In this document: in pieces, positions 1 to 10,321 of the stretch
How positions within the stretch are numbered: position 1 is the first letter of the stretch
Layout: each line of letters begins with the position of its first letter
DNA from: an uncultured Alphaproteobacteria bacterium
GTDB lineage: Bacteria > Pseudomonadota > Alphaproteobacteria > RF32 > CAG-239
Length of the DNA stretch: 64,000 nucleotides
NCBI GenBank assembly: GCA_944392225.1
Contig: CALXWB010000001.1
Coordinates: 855 to 64,854, forward strand
Reading direction: 5' to 3'
Notes under the pieces: model-generated
Told to the model about the DNA's origin: nothing
Database searches by the model: none
The model's input: the letters and a program-made list of their open reading frames with translations, nothing else
Translations under genes and position numbers: made by a program

Positions 1-802
1 TTGGAGGCAAGGATTTTATTTTCTTTTTTTCTTGTTTCTTATCTTCTATCAGAGGTGTGGATATCGGTTTGTCAATCATTTTCTGGATGGCATAATTAAA
101 ATCTTGCGGCGCAAAAAGCAGATTAACCAGCTCCATGGGGTTTTGTCCCAAAGCAATTTGTTGTCGGGCAATTTCGGCAGCTGCTTGCTGGACAATGCTG
201 TTGCGAAAAGCTTCTTGTGCGCTCTCTTTGCTGGCTAGTTCTTTGCCTTGTTTGTGTTCATAGAGTTTCCTTTCAAAGCGGGCAAACTCATAAACAGGAG
301 AGCCACCCTTTTGATAATCTGCCATATCTTGATGAAAGGTTTTGGCATCCATCAGCGCGCGAATGCCTTTGCCGTTGCAGTCCCGATAAATCATCCAATC
401 GCAAGCAAGCTCAACGTTCAAGGCTTTGTCTACCTCTTTTTCGGAGATGTTTTTAAATGAGATGGCTTTGATGTTGCCGGCCAAGGTTTCAATGGTGATA
501 TTTTCTTCAAAATATTCTTTATTATAGTTTTTGGGGGCACGTGGGTTCATCAAAGAACGGCTTAAACATAAGGCAACCAGCGCAAGCTTTAGTTCTTGGT
601 TGGACATATAACCAATTTTACGCGGGTCTTTTTTGACCTCTATATCTTCCAGCACTTGTTGCACGCAAAAAACATTCAATTGATGCAACAATTCCAATTG
701 TTCTTCGTCAAGAGGAACATCTGATTGAATTTGGCAATTGCTGGCTCTTTCCACAATTTTGTGAATGGCTTCATCAATGAGGTGTTGCTTATCAATCATC
801 AT
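1..802 (-). CDS. hypothetical protein (C-terminus cut by window edge)
   Basis: Not in the ORF track because it has no in-window stop. I checked the minus frame codon by codon: ATG at 802-800, in-frame upstream stop at 820-818, and no stop down to position 2. Translation starts MMIDKQHLIDEAIHKIVERASN. No family recognised. Confidence 0.5.
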   Translation of the reverse strand, partial: MMIDKQHLIDEAIHKIVERASNCQIQSDVPLDEEQLELLHQLNVFCVQQVLEDIEVKKDPRKIGYMSNQELKLALVALCLSRSLMNPRAPKNYNKEYFEENITIETLAGNIKAISFKNISEKEVDKALNVELACDWMIYRDCNGKGIRALMDAKTFHQDMADYQKGGSPVYEFARFERKLYEHKQGKELASKESAQEAFRNSIVQQAAAEIARQQIALGQNPMELVNLLFAPQDFNYAIQKMIDKPISTPLIEDKKQEKKKIKSLPP

Positions 803-1074
803 AAATATCCATATAAATCATTTCATTTGCCGTAATATAGCATATTTTTGTTCCTATGGCTATATCTTTTTTAAGGCTTATTTTTTCTTTTTACAGCGTT
901 TTTGCGTTAACTTTTAAAATCCAAATTTTAATATAAATCAAAATTAAGGCCGTTTTTTTGCCCGTGGAGCGCAATTTATGCTTTTTTATGTGCGTAAGTT
1001 CCAATATTTGCTGGAGAGGTGAAGATATTTTTGCTATATTTTGGGCAGTTTGTAATTAAAAAAAGGATAAAAAA

Positions 1075-3918
1075 GTGAGTGAAGATAATGAAAATTTAGA
1101 CACGGTTGCCGAGCCGGTTAATCCAAACAGCGGTCAGGATATTTCCCCCATCGGCATTTGTGATGAAATGAGACGCTCTTATCTTGATTATGCCATGAGC
1201 GTTATTGTTTCCCGTGCCTTGCCTGATGTGCGCGACGGTTTGAAGCCGGTGCACCGTCGTATTATTTATTCTGCTTATGAAAACGGCTATGATTATAACA
1301 AGCCATTTCGTAAATCTGCCCGTATCGTCGGTGATGTTTTAGGTAAATATCACCCGCACGGCGATAGCTCGGTTTATGAGGCTATGGTCAGAATGGCGCA
1401 GCCTTTCTCCATGCGTGTTCCTTTGATTGACGGTCAAGGTAACTTCGGTTCTATGGACGGTGACAGTGCCGCTGCCATGCGTTATACCGAGGCTCGTTTG
1501 GCCAAGGTGGCTCATGCCCTTATTGACGATATTGAAAAAGATACCGTTGACTTTATGCCGAACTATGATGAAAGTTTGCAAGAGCCAACCGTGCTCCCGG
1601 CCGCTTATCCAAACTTGCTTGTCAACGGTGCTAACGGTATTGCCGTCGGTATGGCTACCAATATTCCGCCGCATAATTTGGGTGAGGTGTTGGATGCTTG
1701 TTGCGCTTATATTGATGACCCGCAAATTTCTATTGATGATCTCATCCGCATCGTGCCGGGGCCGGACTTTCCGACCGGTGGTTTGATTTTGGGCTACAGC
1801 GGTGCCAAGTCGGCTTATTTGACCGGCCGCGGTTCCGTTGTTATGCGCGCTAAATGCACCATCGAAGAGCTCAGAAAAGATAAAGAAGCCATCATTGTGC
1901 ATGAAGTGCCGTATCAAGTTAACAAATCAATGCTCGTGACCAAAATTGCCGAGCTCGTTAAAGAAAAGAAAATTGACGGTATCTCCGATATCCGTGATGA
2001 ATCTGACCGCCAAGGCGTGCGCGTGGTGATTGAAATCAAAAAAGATTTCCAAGCCGATGTGGTTTTGAACCAACTTTACAAATTCACCCAATTGCAAACC
2101 AGCTTTGGTATGAATATGCTCGCTATTAACGGCGGTCGTCCGATGATGATGAACCTCAAAGACATTATCTCGGCCTTTGTTTCTTTCCGCGAAGAGGTTA
2201 TTCGCCGCCGCACCATTTTCTTACTCAACAAAGCACGCGACAGAGCGCACGTTTTGGTTGGTTTGGCCATCGCCGTGGAAAATATTGACCCCGTGATTGA
2301 CCTTATCCGCACATCTTCCAACCCGCAAGAAGCCAAAGATGCTTTGCTTGCCAAAGCTTGGCCGGCCGGAGATGTTGAGCCTTTGGTCAAACTGATTGAT
2401 GAGCCGGATAGAAAAGTTGAAAACGGCACATATCGCCTTTCTGAGGCTCAAGCCAAAGCTATTCTCGATTTGAAATTGCAACGCTTGACCGGCTTGGAAA
2501 GAGATAAAATCCATGAAGAACTCACAGGAATTGGGGAAGATATTAAAGAATATCTTTCTATTTTGGCCTCACGCGAGAAACTTTACGGCATTATGCGTGA
2601 CGAATTTGTGGCCATTAAAGATGAATATGCCACACCGCGTCGCTCCAAGATTGAAGATATTGAATATGATACCGATATCGAATCTCTTATTCAACGTGAA
2701 GAAATGGTGGTGACCGTTACCGATGCCGGCTATATCAAACGCGTTCCGCTTAATGCCTATAAAGCACAAAAACGCGGCGGTAAAGGAAAATCCGGCATGG
2801 CTACCAAAGAAGAAGATTTTGTTTCTCGTCTGTTTGTGGCCTCTACCCACACGCCGGTGCTCTTCTTCTCTTCCAAAGGTTTGGTCTATAAGATGAAGGT
2901 GTATAAACTACCTTTGGGTTCTCCGACCTCTAAGGGCAAACCTTTTATCAACCTCTTGCCGCTCGACGCCGGTGAAACCATCACCACAATCATGAAGTTG
3001 CCGGAGAATGAGGCAGAATGCGAGAATATGTCTATTATGTTTGCCACATCGCAAGGTAATGTGCGTCGTAACTCGTTGATGGACTTTGTCAATGTTCAAT
3101 CAAACGGTAAGATTGCAATGAAACTTGATGAAGGTGACAAACTTATCAATGTTCGTATCTGTAATGAAGATAATGATGTTATGCTTGCCGCACGCAGCGG
3201 TAAATGCATCCGCTTCCCGGTTACTGAAGTTCGTGTTTTCGTCGGTCGTAACTCAACGGGTGTCCGCGGTATCAAACTAGCCGATGGCGATGAAGTTATT
3301 TCCATGTCTATCTTGAACCACAGTGAAGCCACCACCGAAGAGCGTGATGAATATGCTCGTGTTCGTTCAGTTGTGAAACGCTTGATGGCAGAAAGAAACG
3401 TCAGCGAAGATGAAATTGCTCTTGCCGATACGGGAATTGATTTGCGCATTTTGCCGGAAGACAAATATTATAAGATGAAGGCTAATGAGCAGTTTATTCT
3501 TTCCGTTACTTCAACAGGATATGGCAAACGCACGTCTTCTTATGAATATCGTGTGACAGGCAGAGGCGGCCAGGGTATTGCCAATATGGAAATGTCTGCC
3601 CGCAACAAAGAAATTGTCAGCTCATTCCCGATTGAAGATGACAACCAGATTATGATGGTGACCGACGGCGGTAAACTCATTCGTATGCCGGTTTCCGATA
3701 TCCGTATTGCCGGACGTAAGACTCAAGGTGTTATTCTCTTCAGAACAGCCGAAAATGAAAAGGTTGTTTCCGTCACTTGGCTTGATGCCGATGCCGAAGA
3801 TGAGGAAGAACTTGAGGAAGAAACCGGAAGCGAAATCTTGGGCGAAAGCGTTGCCGACACGGAAGAAGACAATGTCGTCAGCGAACCAGAGGTTGAATCT
3901 GATGATGATGACGCCTAG
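1075..3918 (+). CDS. gyrA: DNA gyrase subunit A
   Basis: 947-aa ORF with a GTG start. N-terminal [25 protein letters not shown] and the active-site region [10 protein letters not shown] are the classic GyrA signature. C-terminal beta-pinwheel repeats and an acidic tail are present. Confidence 0.97.
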   Translation: MSEDNENLDTVAEPVNPNSGQDISPIGICDEMRRSYLDYAMSVIVSRALPDVRDGLKPVHRRIIYSAYENGYDYNKPFRKSARIVGDVLGKYHPHGDSSVYEAMVRMAQPFSMRVPLIDGQGNFGSMDGDSAAAMRYTEARLAKVAHALIDDIEKDTVDFMPNYDESLQEPTVLPAAYPNLLVNGANGIAVGMATNIPPHNLGEVLDACCAYIDDPQISIDDLIRIVPGPDFPTGGLILGYSGAKSAYLTGRGSVVMRAKCTIEELRKDKEAIIVHEVPYQVNKSMLVTKIAELVKEKKIDGISDIRDESDRQGVRVVIEIKKDFQADVVLNQLYKFTQLQTSFGMNMLAINGGRPMMMNLKDIISAFVSFREEVIRRRTIFLLNKARDRAHVLVGLAIAVENIDPVIDLIRTSSNPQEAKDALLAKAWPAGDVEPLVKLIDEPDRKVENGTYRLSEAQAKAILDLKLQRLTGLERDKIHEELTGIGEDIKEYLSILASREKLYGIMRDEFVAIKDEYATPRRSKIEDIEYDTDIESLIQREEMVVTVTDAGYIKRVPLNAYKAQKRGGKGKSGMATKEEDFVSRLFVASTHTPVLFFSSKGLVYKMKVYKLPLGSPTSKGKPFINLLPLDAGETITTIMKLPENEAECENMSIMFATSQGNVRRNSLMDFVNVQSNGKIAMKLDEGDKLINVRICNEDNDVMLAARSGKCIRFPVTEVRVFVGRNSTGVRGIKLADGDEVISMSILNHSEATTEERDEYARVRSVVKRLMAERNVSEDEIALADTGIDLRILPEDKYYKMKANEQFILSVTSTGYGKRTSSYEYRVTGRGGQGIANMEMSARNKEIVSSFPIEDDNQIMMVTDGGKLIRMPVSDIRIAGRKTQGVILFRTAENEKVVSVTWLDADAEDEEELEEETGSEILGESVADTEEDNVVSEPEVESDDDDA

Positions 3919-3930
3919 TGCTTTTTGATA

Positions 3931-3979
3931 AATAAGGCTTCCTGACTATTGTGTGTTTGGAAGCCTTATTCTTTTTTTT
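3931..3979 (+). terminator. rho-independent terminator after gyrA
   Basis: 12-bp stem aataaggcttcc / ggaagccttatt with a 16-nt loop, followed by cttttttttt. Confidence 0.6.
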
Positions 3980-3991
3980 AGGAGAAAAAAT

Positions 3992-4330
3992 ATGCCTTTT
4001 TTGACGGTTCATACCAATTGTGCGGTAAAAAACGCAAAAGAGTTTTTGCTCAATGCTTCCGAATTTGTGGCGACTGAATTGCATAAGCCGATTTCTTATG
4101 TGATTGTGACTTTGGATTGCCAACCTCAGATGATGTTTGGCGGCGACAAAGATGTTAAAAGTGCTTTGGTGGAGATGAAATCCATCGGCTTTGCCGATAA
4201 AGCTGCGCTGGCACAAAAACTTACCGCTTTTTTGGCACAAGAGCTTGATGCCGATGAAGGTTTTATCAATATTCATTTTATGGATATGCTGGGCAGAGAT
4301 TTATCTATCGGCGGGCACTTACTCGGCTAA
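3992..4330 (+). CDS. MIF / phenylpyruvate tautomerase family protein
   Basis: Start moved to the ATG at 3992, with AGGAG 8 nt upstream, giving MPFLTVHTN with the Pro-1 typical of the tautomerase superfamily. Collinear with MIF along its length (TN, KP..Y, M.FGG, SIG, I.I.F.DM), and ~113 aa as in MIF. Confidence 0.8.
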   Translation: MPFLTVHTNCAVKNAKEFLLNASEFVATELHKPISYVIVTLDCQPQMMFGGDKDVKSALVEMKSIGFADKAALAQKLTAFLAQELDADEGFINIHFMDMLGRDLSIGGHLLG

Positions 4331-4355
4331 GTTCATTTTAAAACTTAAGATTTTG

Positions 4356-4387
4356 AAACGACTTTTCATACGAAAGGTCGTTTTTTT
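4356..4387 (+). terminator. probable rho-independent terminator
   Basis: Stem aaacgactttt / aaaggtcgttt (one G-U pair) followed by a T-run at 4381-4387. Confidence 0.45.
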
Positions 4388-4449
4388 ATGTTGATTTTTT
4401 GTCTAAAAAGTGTATAAGTTTTTTAGAAAACAATTAAATTATATATATT

Positions 4450-5292
4450 ATGGATCCTAAAAAATATGCTGAGAAAATTTTATCTCAGCTGAGTGTTAAG
4501 ACAAATTGCTTTATCGGAGAAAAGGTAGTCAAAGCTCACTATTTGGTGTGTATTGATGATGATATTACCTCGGCTTTTTATGCGGCACGGTTGTACCATA
4601 AAATTCGTAAGGTGCACGGTTTCTATCCTCATGTGATATGTGTGGGTGGTGTTGGTCCGCTTTCAAAATTTGTGAATAAAAAGGGAGAAAGCGAGGGGCG
4701 AAAGCTTCAACAAGTTTGTGTCGATTTGGGGGTGCATCCCAACCGCACTTTCGTGTTGGATAAAGGAACAAACACAGGCTTGAACTGTTTGGAAATATAT
4801 TATCTCCGTGAGCCTATGCCTGATATAAAAACAATTTTTTGTTTGACCCAGCGTTTGTCATTACGGGTTAAGCAAACGTTTGAATTTTTAGATCATCAAT
4901 ATCAGAATCAAGTCAATACCGCAAAGCTCCAAAAAATGATTGATTCGACCTATTACTATGTGCCGGAACAATCAATGGAAGAGCAGATGCAGGTTTATAA
5001 CTGCAAAGGTATCTGCGGTGGCGTGTTATTTTTTTCCGAAGTGGCTTCAATTTATGACCGAATTGAGCGATATTCGGGAAAACTTCAGAAACCTCTGGAT
5101 TTCGAAGTACCAATGGAAATTCAATTGCTTTCCGCCATTCTGGCCAAGAAGTATCCGCTCAAAATTAATATGAAATGTTGGCGGAGCGTTTGGCAATTTC
5201 TTTATGCTTTCCTTTATGTTTCTACGCATCGGTGGAAAATAAGAAAAGAAACCTGGAAAGCCATTGAGAGAGAAAAAAGCCGTATCGAATGA
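4450..5292 (+). CDS. hypothetical protein, weak YdcF/DUF218-like resemblance
   Basis: 280-aa ORF. VICVGGVG and DKGTNTGLNCLE loosely resemble the DUF218 (ElyC/SanA/YdcF) pattern. The function call is tentative. Confidence 0.55.
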   Translation: MDPKKYAEKILSQLSVKTNCFIGEKVVKAHYLVCIDDDITSAFYAARLYHKIRKVHGFYPHVICVGGVGPLSKFVNKKGESEGRKLQQVCVDLGVHPNRTFVLDKGTNTGLNCLEIYYLREPMPDIKTIFCLTQRLSLRVKQTFEFLDHQYQNQVNTAKLQKMIDSTYYYVPEQSMEEQMQVYNCKGICGGVLFFSEVASIYDRIERYSGKLQKPLDFEVPMEIQLLSAILAKKYPLKINMKCWRSVWQFLYAFLYVSTHRWKIRKETWKAIEREKSRIE

Positions 5293-5305
5293 TACGGCTT
5301 TTTTT
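5273..5305. terminator. bidirectional hairpin terminator between convergent genes
   Basis: aaaaa-agccgtatc-gaat-gatacggct-tttttt, with a 9-bp stem and A/T runs on both sides. It lies between the 4450-5292 ORF and motB. Confidence 0.6.
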
Positions 5306-5306
5306 G

Positions 5307-5963
5307 TTATTGGAACGAAGGTTCTATATGGATAACCACGCGGCGGTTGCGGCGGCGGTTATTGGGAATGGGTTCGCCATAGGGATCCAGGTTTGGATAT
5401 TTGGGCGCAACGTCATATAAACCAACGGCTTGCATCCGAACTCTGGGAATGCCTCGGCTTTCCAAAAAACGCACCACGGTTGCGGCACGAGCTGCCGATA
5501 GTTCCCAGTTTGAAGGAAATTGCGGGCTGGAAAAAGCTTCATCACTGGTGTGGCCTTCAACACTGTATTTGAAGTTTTTGTAGCGTTCGGAAAGAAGCGT
5601 TGCGGCAACTCTCTTCAAAAAAGCAATGGCTGTGGGGCTGAGCTCTGTTGAGCCTTGGTTGAAAAATGTATCTCCGTCCATCTCCAAAACCAAACCTTGC
5701 GAATCGCTGCCCAAAGAGAGTTTATCGCTGATGTCGGTGGATTTGATGTCATCTTCCAGATCTGCTTTCATCAATTGTAACGGGCGTTCGTTCTTTTTAT
5801 CTCCAAGAGCATCGTTCATGCTGGCTTGGATTTGTTCAAACAAAGCTAAATCAGGCTTGGAAACAGTGGCCATCATGACAAAGAAACACAGCAACAAGGT
5901 CACCATGTCGCCATAGGTGTTCATCCAGCTTTCATCAATGGGTTCATCAGGTTTTCTTTTCAT
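5307..5963 (-). CDS. motB: flagellar motor stator protein MotB (OmpA-like C-terminus)
   Basis: 218 aa. N-terminal WMNTYGDMVTLLLCFFVMM plug/TM segment typical of MotB. C-terminal OmpA-like peptidoglycan-binding region (NWELSAARAATV, NRRRNRRVVI). Lies directly downstream of motA. Confidence 0.8.
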   Translation of the reverse strand: MKRKPDEPIDESWMNTYGDMVTLLLCFFVMMATVSKPDLALFEQIQASMNDALGDKKNERPLQLMKADLEDDIKSTDISDKLSLGSDSQGLVLEMDGDTFFNQGSTELSPTAIAFLKRVAATLLSERYKNFKYSVEGHTSDEAFSSPQFPSNWELSAARAATVVRFLESRGIPRVRMQAVGLYDVAPKYPNLDPYGEPIPNNRRRNRRVVIHIEPSFQ

Positions 5964-5973
5964 GAAAAAATCC

Positions 5974-6792
5974 TTAGTTTTCCGTGGTTTTTGCTGTGTT
6001 CATGTCGCGGTCAATCAAGAACTGGTCTTTGACATCAACAAAGGAGTTGATCTTATCTTGAATGTAACGCGGGCTTTTTCTTTCAGCAAGCAAAACCAAG
6101 CCTTCTTTGATCATGGTGTTTTTGAACAAGCTGACATCATATCTGGCGGCAATTTTGGTGGAAAGCGGAATGAAAATCAAACGCGCCAGAATAATACCAT
6201 AAAATGTGGTCACCAAAGCAACAGCCATACTCGGTCCGATGGCGGCCGGATCTCCACCCATTTTGCCAAGCATGATAATCAAGCCGATGAGGGTGCCGAG
6301 CATACCAAAAGCCGGTGCATCTCCGCCCATCTTCTTCAAGGCATCAAGCGGAATCTTGTTGCGCTCGATTTCCGATTCAAGCATTTGGTTCAAAATTTGG
6401 TTGATTTCTTGCCCGGTATAGCCGGTGACAACCAAATCCGTGCCATAGGCAATGAAGGCGTCTTTTTGTCTCAATTCATCGGTGATTTCATTTTCCAAAC
6501 CTTGCAAGCCGTTTTTTTGAACAATATATGCCCAACGCACAATGCGGCCGATTTCATCTTTTAAGGAGACATCCGAATCGGGGTGTTTCATAAAGGTGGT
6601 TCCCATAAGGCGCAAGGCGTTTATTGCCGTTTTGGTCTCATATGAAATGAACAAGGCAACGAAAGTGCCACCAACCACGATAATGATACTCGGAATATCA
6701 ACAAAAGCGCCGGGGGCATCGGTTGCAGTGAAAATTGAGCCCAGAACAATTATAGCTGCGGCGATAAAAGAAAATATGGTTCCCAATGACAT
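5974..6792 (-). CDS. motA: flagellar motor stator protein MotA/PomA
   Basis: 272 aa with the MotA/TolQ/ExbB proton-channel pattern (PAFGMLGTLIGLI, ALVTTFYGIILA). Paired with motB. Confidence 0.85.
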   Translation of the reverse strand: MSLGTIFSFIAAAIIVLGSIFTATDAPGAFVDIPSIIIVVGGTFVALFISYETKTAINALRLMGTTFMKHPDSDVSLKDEIGRIVRWAYIVQKNGLQGLENEITDELRQKDAFIAYGTDLVVTGYTGQEINQILNQMLESEIERNKIPLDALKKMGGDAPAFGMLGTLIGLIIMLGKMGGDPAAIGPSMAVALVTTFYGIILARLIFIPLSTKIAARYDVSLFKNTMIKEGLVLLAERKSPRYIQDKINSFVDVKDQFLIDRDMNTAKTTEN

Positions 6793-6823
6793 AATTTGTT
6801 TTTCCTATAATGAATAATTATAA

Positions 6824-7348
6824 TTATTTTTTTGATACTTTTACATAAGCAATGGCGGCGTGTTCATCGCAATAGGTTTGTCCGATGCGGACTTTTTTGC
6901 CGCAGAAGTGAAAGTTTTCATCTTTCGGGTCGCCTATCGGCCAACGACAAGTGTGATTATCCAGGTCGGTCAAAGATACCTTGCCGTCTTGCGGTCTTTT
7001 CTTTTCTTCCCACAAAGGATCTTTGGCGGGAGCAAGCGGGGTTTCTTCTTTGACATGTGTCGGAGCGGTTTCTTTTTTCTCTTTTTTATTTTCCGTTTTA
7101 TTTTCTTTTTTATCAACAGGGGCGGTGGTTTCTTTGCTCTTTTTGGGGGCTTTTCCCGTTTCTGCCGCAGTTTCCGTTGTTGTTTCTTTTTTCTTGATGG
7201 GGGAAGGACGTCCCGACAAGCCCAAACGGTGAACCTTGCCGACAATTGAGTTTTTGGAAACGCCCAAACGTTTGCCGATTTCTCCGGTTGTCAGGCCTTC
7301 TTTCCACATTTTTCTCAAATCTTCAACCATTTCATCTGTCCAGGCCAT
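6824..7348 (-). CDS. gcrA: cell cycle regulator GcrA
   Basis: MAWTDEMVEDLRKMWKEGLTTGEIGKRLGVSKNSIVGKVHRLGL N-terminus and CRWPIGDP...FCG...YCDEHA C-terminus are the GcrA family hallmarks. Confidence 0.9.
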   Translation of the reverse strand: MAWTDEMVEDLRKMWKEGLTTGEIGKRLGVSKNSIVGKVHRLGLSGRPSPIKKKETTTETAAETGKAPKKSKETTAPVDKKENKTENKKEKKETAPTHVKEETPLAPAKDPLWEEKKRPQDGKVSLTDLDNHTCRWPIGDPKDENFHFCGKKVRIGQTYCDEHAAIAYVKVSKK

Positions 7349-7499
7349 ATCGTTGCTCCTTTCTTGTTAAACCCATTTTTTTACATATATTTATATTGCA
7401 ATATTTTTTGCGAGTCTAGTAATAATCATAAATTATCACTTCTTTTTTGTTTTTTTTTATTTATAATGGCTCGTATATTTCTTAAGGAGTTGCCGATAA

Positions 7500-8930
7500 A
7501 TGAAAAAAAACGTGTTTTTATTTGCTTTTTTGAACGTGTTAACCATGGCAGACTTTTCTTTGTGCCTGGCTGCCGAAAAAGATTCTTTGCCCGATCTTTC
7601 TCTTAATATTTATTCTAACATCGGGTTGGTTCATGATACGCGCGCCGTTGCCTTAAAAAAAGGTGAAAACGAAGTTTCTTTTGATGGCGTTTCGGCTCTC
7701 TTAAAGCCGGAAACAGCTCTTTTGAGCGGAGAAAATATTGATGTTACGGAACAAAGTTATGACTATAATATCTTAAATGCCAACAATATTATGGACGCAT
7801 TTGTCGGCAAAGAGGTGAAAACACTTTGGCAAAGCCCGGAAACGGGAAAACTTGTTTTTGATAAAGCCGTTTTGCTTAATGCCAATTACGGGGCTCCGAT
7901 TTTGAAGTTTGATTATGGTATTGAAACTTCTTTTCCCGGACGTGTGGTTTTTGAAAATCTGCCACAAAATTTGCAAACAAAGCCCACCCTGCAGGCCAAG
8001 GTTTCCTCTTCCGTTGCCGCTGCGCGGCCTTTGACCTTGACATATTTGACAACGGGGATTTCTTGGCGCGCCGATTATGCGGCAGAGGTTGTTGCCGAGG
8101 ATAGATTGAACCTCAAAACCTGGGCTTATCTTAAAAATGATACCGGCGCTGATTTTGATGATGCAAAAATCAGCTTGGTTTCCGGCAATGTGAATTTTGT
8201 TTCACAAGATTATGGCGTGGCTCGGCCTTTGATGCTTAACCGTGCCGTGAAAGCGGAAAGCGCGCCGATGGATGCCGTTGCCGCGGCTCCAAGCTTTGCC
8301 GCCGTGCCGGAAAATGTGGCCGATTATCATGTTTATGTTTTGCCAAATAAAATCACGCTCAAAAACAAGCAAGCCAAACAAGTGCGGCTGATGGAATTTG
8401 ATAATGTTAAGTTTGAAAAAGAATATGTTTTTTCTTCTCCGCTTTATTTGAGCAGCGGAACCAAAAACGGAGCGTTTAAAAAACAAAATCCGAATATGGT
8501 TTATAAAATCAAAAATGATAAGGCTTCCAATTTGGGACAAGCTTTGCCCGAAGGAACCGTGCGCTTTTATGAAAATATGCCGCAAAACGGAACCTTGTTT
8601 ATCGGTGAAAGCCGGATTTTGCCAAAAGCCATCGGCGAAGATTTGGATATGACTTTGGGAAAAGCTTTTGATGTTTATGCAAAAGGAAAAATTGTTAATG
8701 TGAAACAAATTTCCAAAGACGTGTCGGAATATGCAATAAAAATTAAGTTCAGCAATGTTGCCGACAAAGATAAAAAAGTTGTCTATAAACAAAATATATA
8801 TGGCAATTGGGATATGCTGGATGAAAATATGCAAAGCCAAAAAGAAAACTCTTCCATGCTTTCTTGGACATTTACTTTGCCGGAAAATAGCGAAAAAAGT
8901 TTGGATTTCAGCGTTAGGATAAGTCGATAA
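7500..8930 (+). CDS. secreted protein, DUF4139-like (tentative)
   Basis: 476 aa with a signal peptide (FLNVLTMADFSLCLA). LTLTYLTTGISWRADY resembles the DUF4139 signature. The family call is from memory only. Confidence 0.55.
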   Translation: MKKNVFLFAFLNVLTMADFSLCLAAEKDSLPDLSLNIYSNIGLVHDTRAVALKKGENEVSFDGVSALLKPETALLSGENIDVTEQSYDYNILNANNIMDAFVGKEVKTLWQSPETGKLVFDKAVLLNANYGAPILKFDYGIETSFPGRVVFENLPQNLQTKPTLQAKVSSSVAAARPLTLTYLTTGISWRADYAAEVVAEDRLNLKTWAYLKNDTGADFDDAKISLVSGNVNFVSQDYGVARPLMLNRAVKAESAPMDAVAAAPSFAAVPENVADYHVYVLPNKITLKNKQAKQVRLMEFDNVKFEKEYVFSSPLYLSSGTKNGAFKKQNPNMVYKIKNDKASNLGQALPEGTVRFYENMPQNGTLFIGESRILPKAIGEDLDMTLGKAFDVYAKGKIVNVKQISKDVSEYAIKIKFSNVADKDKKVVYKQNIYGNWDMLDENMQSQKENSSMLSWTFTLPENSEKSLDFSVRISR

Positions 8931-8932
8931 TC

Positions 8933-10189
8933 ATGAAAAAGTTGTTGCTGCTTTTTTTGTTTTTTTTCTTATTTGACTTGTCTGCGGTCAAAGCTCTTTT
9001 GCCGCAAGATTATGCCAAATATTTTGAAATTGACTTGGACAAGCCTTTGCCCACAATGGAACAGCTGACACAAAAATATGCCAATCTTAAAGATTTTTAT
9101 GATTATAAATATGACTATTCGTGGAATATCAGTGAGATCTTTGACGAGATTTTCAAAATCAGAATCACGGCAACCGGCAACCGTGAAAAAAGAATTTCAT
9201 CCGCGCAGGAAAAAATGCTCCTCGAAATGCTTAATGCCGTGCCTAAAGAAATTTATCCTTATATCGGGCCTTATATGCACACCATTCCCGGAATGCCGGA
9301 GAAAATTTTGAATATGCCGGGCATTAAAGAAACAAAAAACAAATTTCCTCAACGAATTGCCCCACAATTGGCTGATGTTCCAGACTTGGAATTTCTTTCT
9401 CCGTCGCTTTATTTTATTTTGATGCCGGAAGCTTGGCCCGATAATAATCCGCAACGAGAAAAATTTTATACTTATAAAACTTATCCCAAAGTTGCTTATG
9501 ATAAGGAATTTTATCAAAAAATCAGAAAATTGGTGCCGCCGGAACAGTTTTTTCAAAGCAAAGACGAACCTAAAAAAGTCAGCCGAAGCGATTTCAGAAC
9601 ACTTCACCCTACCAAAACCAGCCTTCTGACCTCGGCCGATGTAAAAGCTTTTGCCCAGAGTTTGGACGATGTGCAGGCTTTCGGGCAAAAAGATAATAAT
9701 GTTTTGGATACGTTTAATGCCGGTGTGTTTTTGGATATGTATGAAACCGAAAACGGTGAAGGTATTGCCAATAACAACCAAATCAAAGATCAGGTTAATC
9801 CGTGTCAAAGATTGGTGCAAAAGATAAAAATTTTGGGTAAAAACAAAGAAAATCAGTTTAGAGAAATTGTCGGCAAATATGGTTTTGATCTTGATACCTG
9901 GGCTTATACTTGCGACAAAACCATTAAGGCTTATCGAGTGGGCAATATCAATCGCAACGTTTTGTCCAGCCTCAAAGCTTATATGAGCGGCGTTTATATG
10001 CCGGAAATTAGGGCATATAGCCCGTTTCATCAAAATTTTCAGCTCTCTACCATTCAGGGAATTTTGGAAATGTATAAAGCTCCTTTAAGCGATGTGTTGG
10101 AGGTTAAAAAGAATCGCAGTTTGCTGCGCGAAAAATTTAAAAAAATGAATGATATGCTCGTTTCGAGTCCGATTGCTCTTCATTATTGA
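8933..10189 (+). CDS. hypothetical secreted protein
   Basis: 418 aa with a signal peptide (LLLLFLFFFLFDLSAVKA). Starts 2 nt after the previous stop, so probably co-transcribed. No family recognised. Confidence 0.55.
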   Translation: MKKLLLLFLFFFLFDLSAVKALLPQDYAKYFEIDLDKPLPTMEQLTQKYANLKDFYDYKYDYSWNISEIFDEIFKIRITATGNREKRISSAQEKMLLEMLNAVPKEIYPYIGPYMHTIPGMPEKILNMPGIKETKNKFPQRIAPQLADVPDLEFLSPSLYFILMPEAWPDNNPQREKFYTYKTYPKVAYDKEFYQKIRKLVPPEQFFQSKDEPKKVSRSDFRTLHPTKTSLLTSADVKAFAQSLDDVQAFGQKDNNVLDTFNAGVFLDMYETENGEGIANNNQIKDQVNPCQRLVQKIKILGKNKENQFREIVGKYGFDLDTWAYTCDKTIKAYRVGNINRNVLSSLKAYMSGVYMPEIRAYSPFHQNFQLSTIQGILEMYKAPLSDVLEVKKNRSLLREKFKKMNDMLVSSPIALHY

Positions 10190-10321
10190 AAAAATGATGA
10201 AAATACAAATATATAAAAAAATAAAAAACATTTTTTTTCAAAAATTTATTGCATTTCAATTTCATAATATGTATAAGTATGATTAATTTTGTTTAACTCA
10301 GTTTTTTTAAGGTATAAAACT

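Noticed and set aside
1339-1917. Long antisense ORFs inside well-supported genes. Examples are 1339-1917 in gyrA, 5917-6564 in motA, 9197-10033, 18680-19312, 38078-38746, 42909-43556, 53139-53969 in nifJ and 60946-61698 in the DsbD-like gene.
   Set aside because: They are shadow ORFs opposite genes with clear family signatures. Their translations are low-complexity or Phe/Ile/Asn-rich, as expected from antisense reading of AT-rich coding DNA.
5307-6792. MotA/MotB pair as a Zorya-type (ZorAB) defence system.
   Set aside because: MotA is an ordinary 272 aa, not a long ZorA with a tail. No ZorC/ZorD-like genes are adjacent, and flagellar export genes are present in the window, so a genuine flagellar stator is the simpler call.
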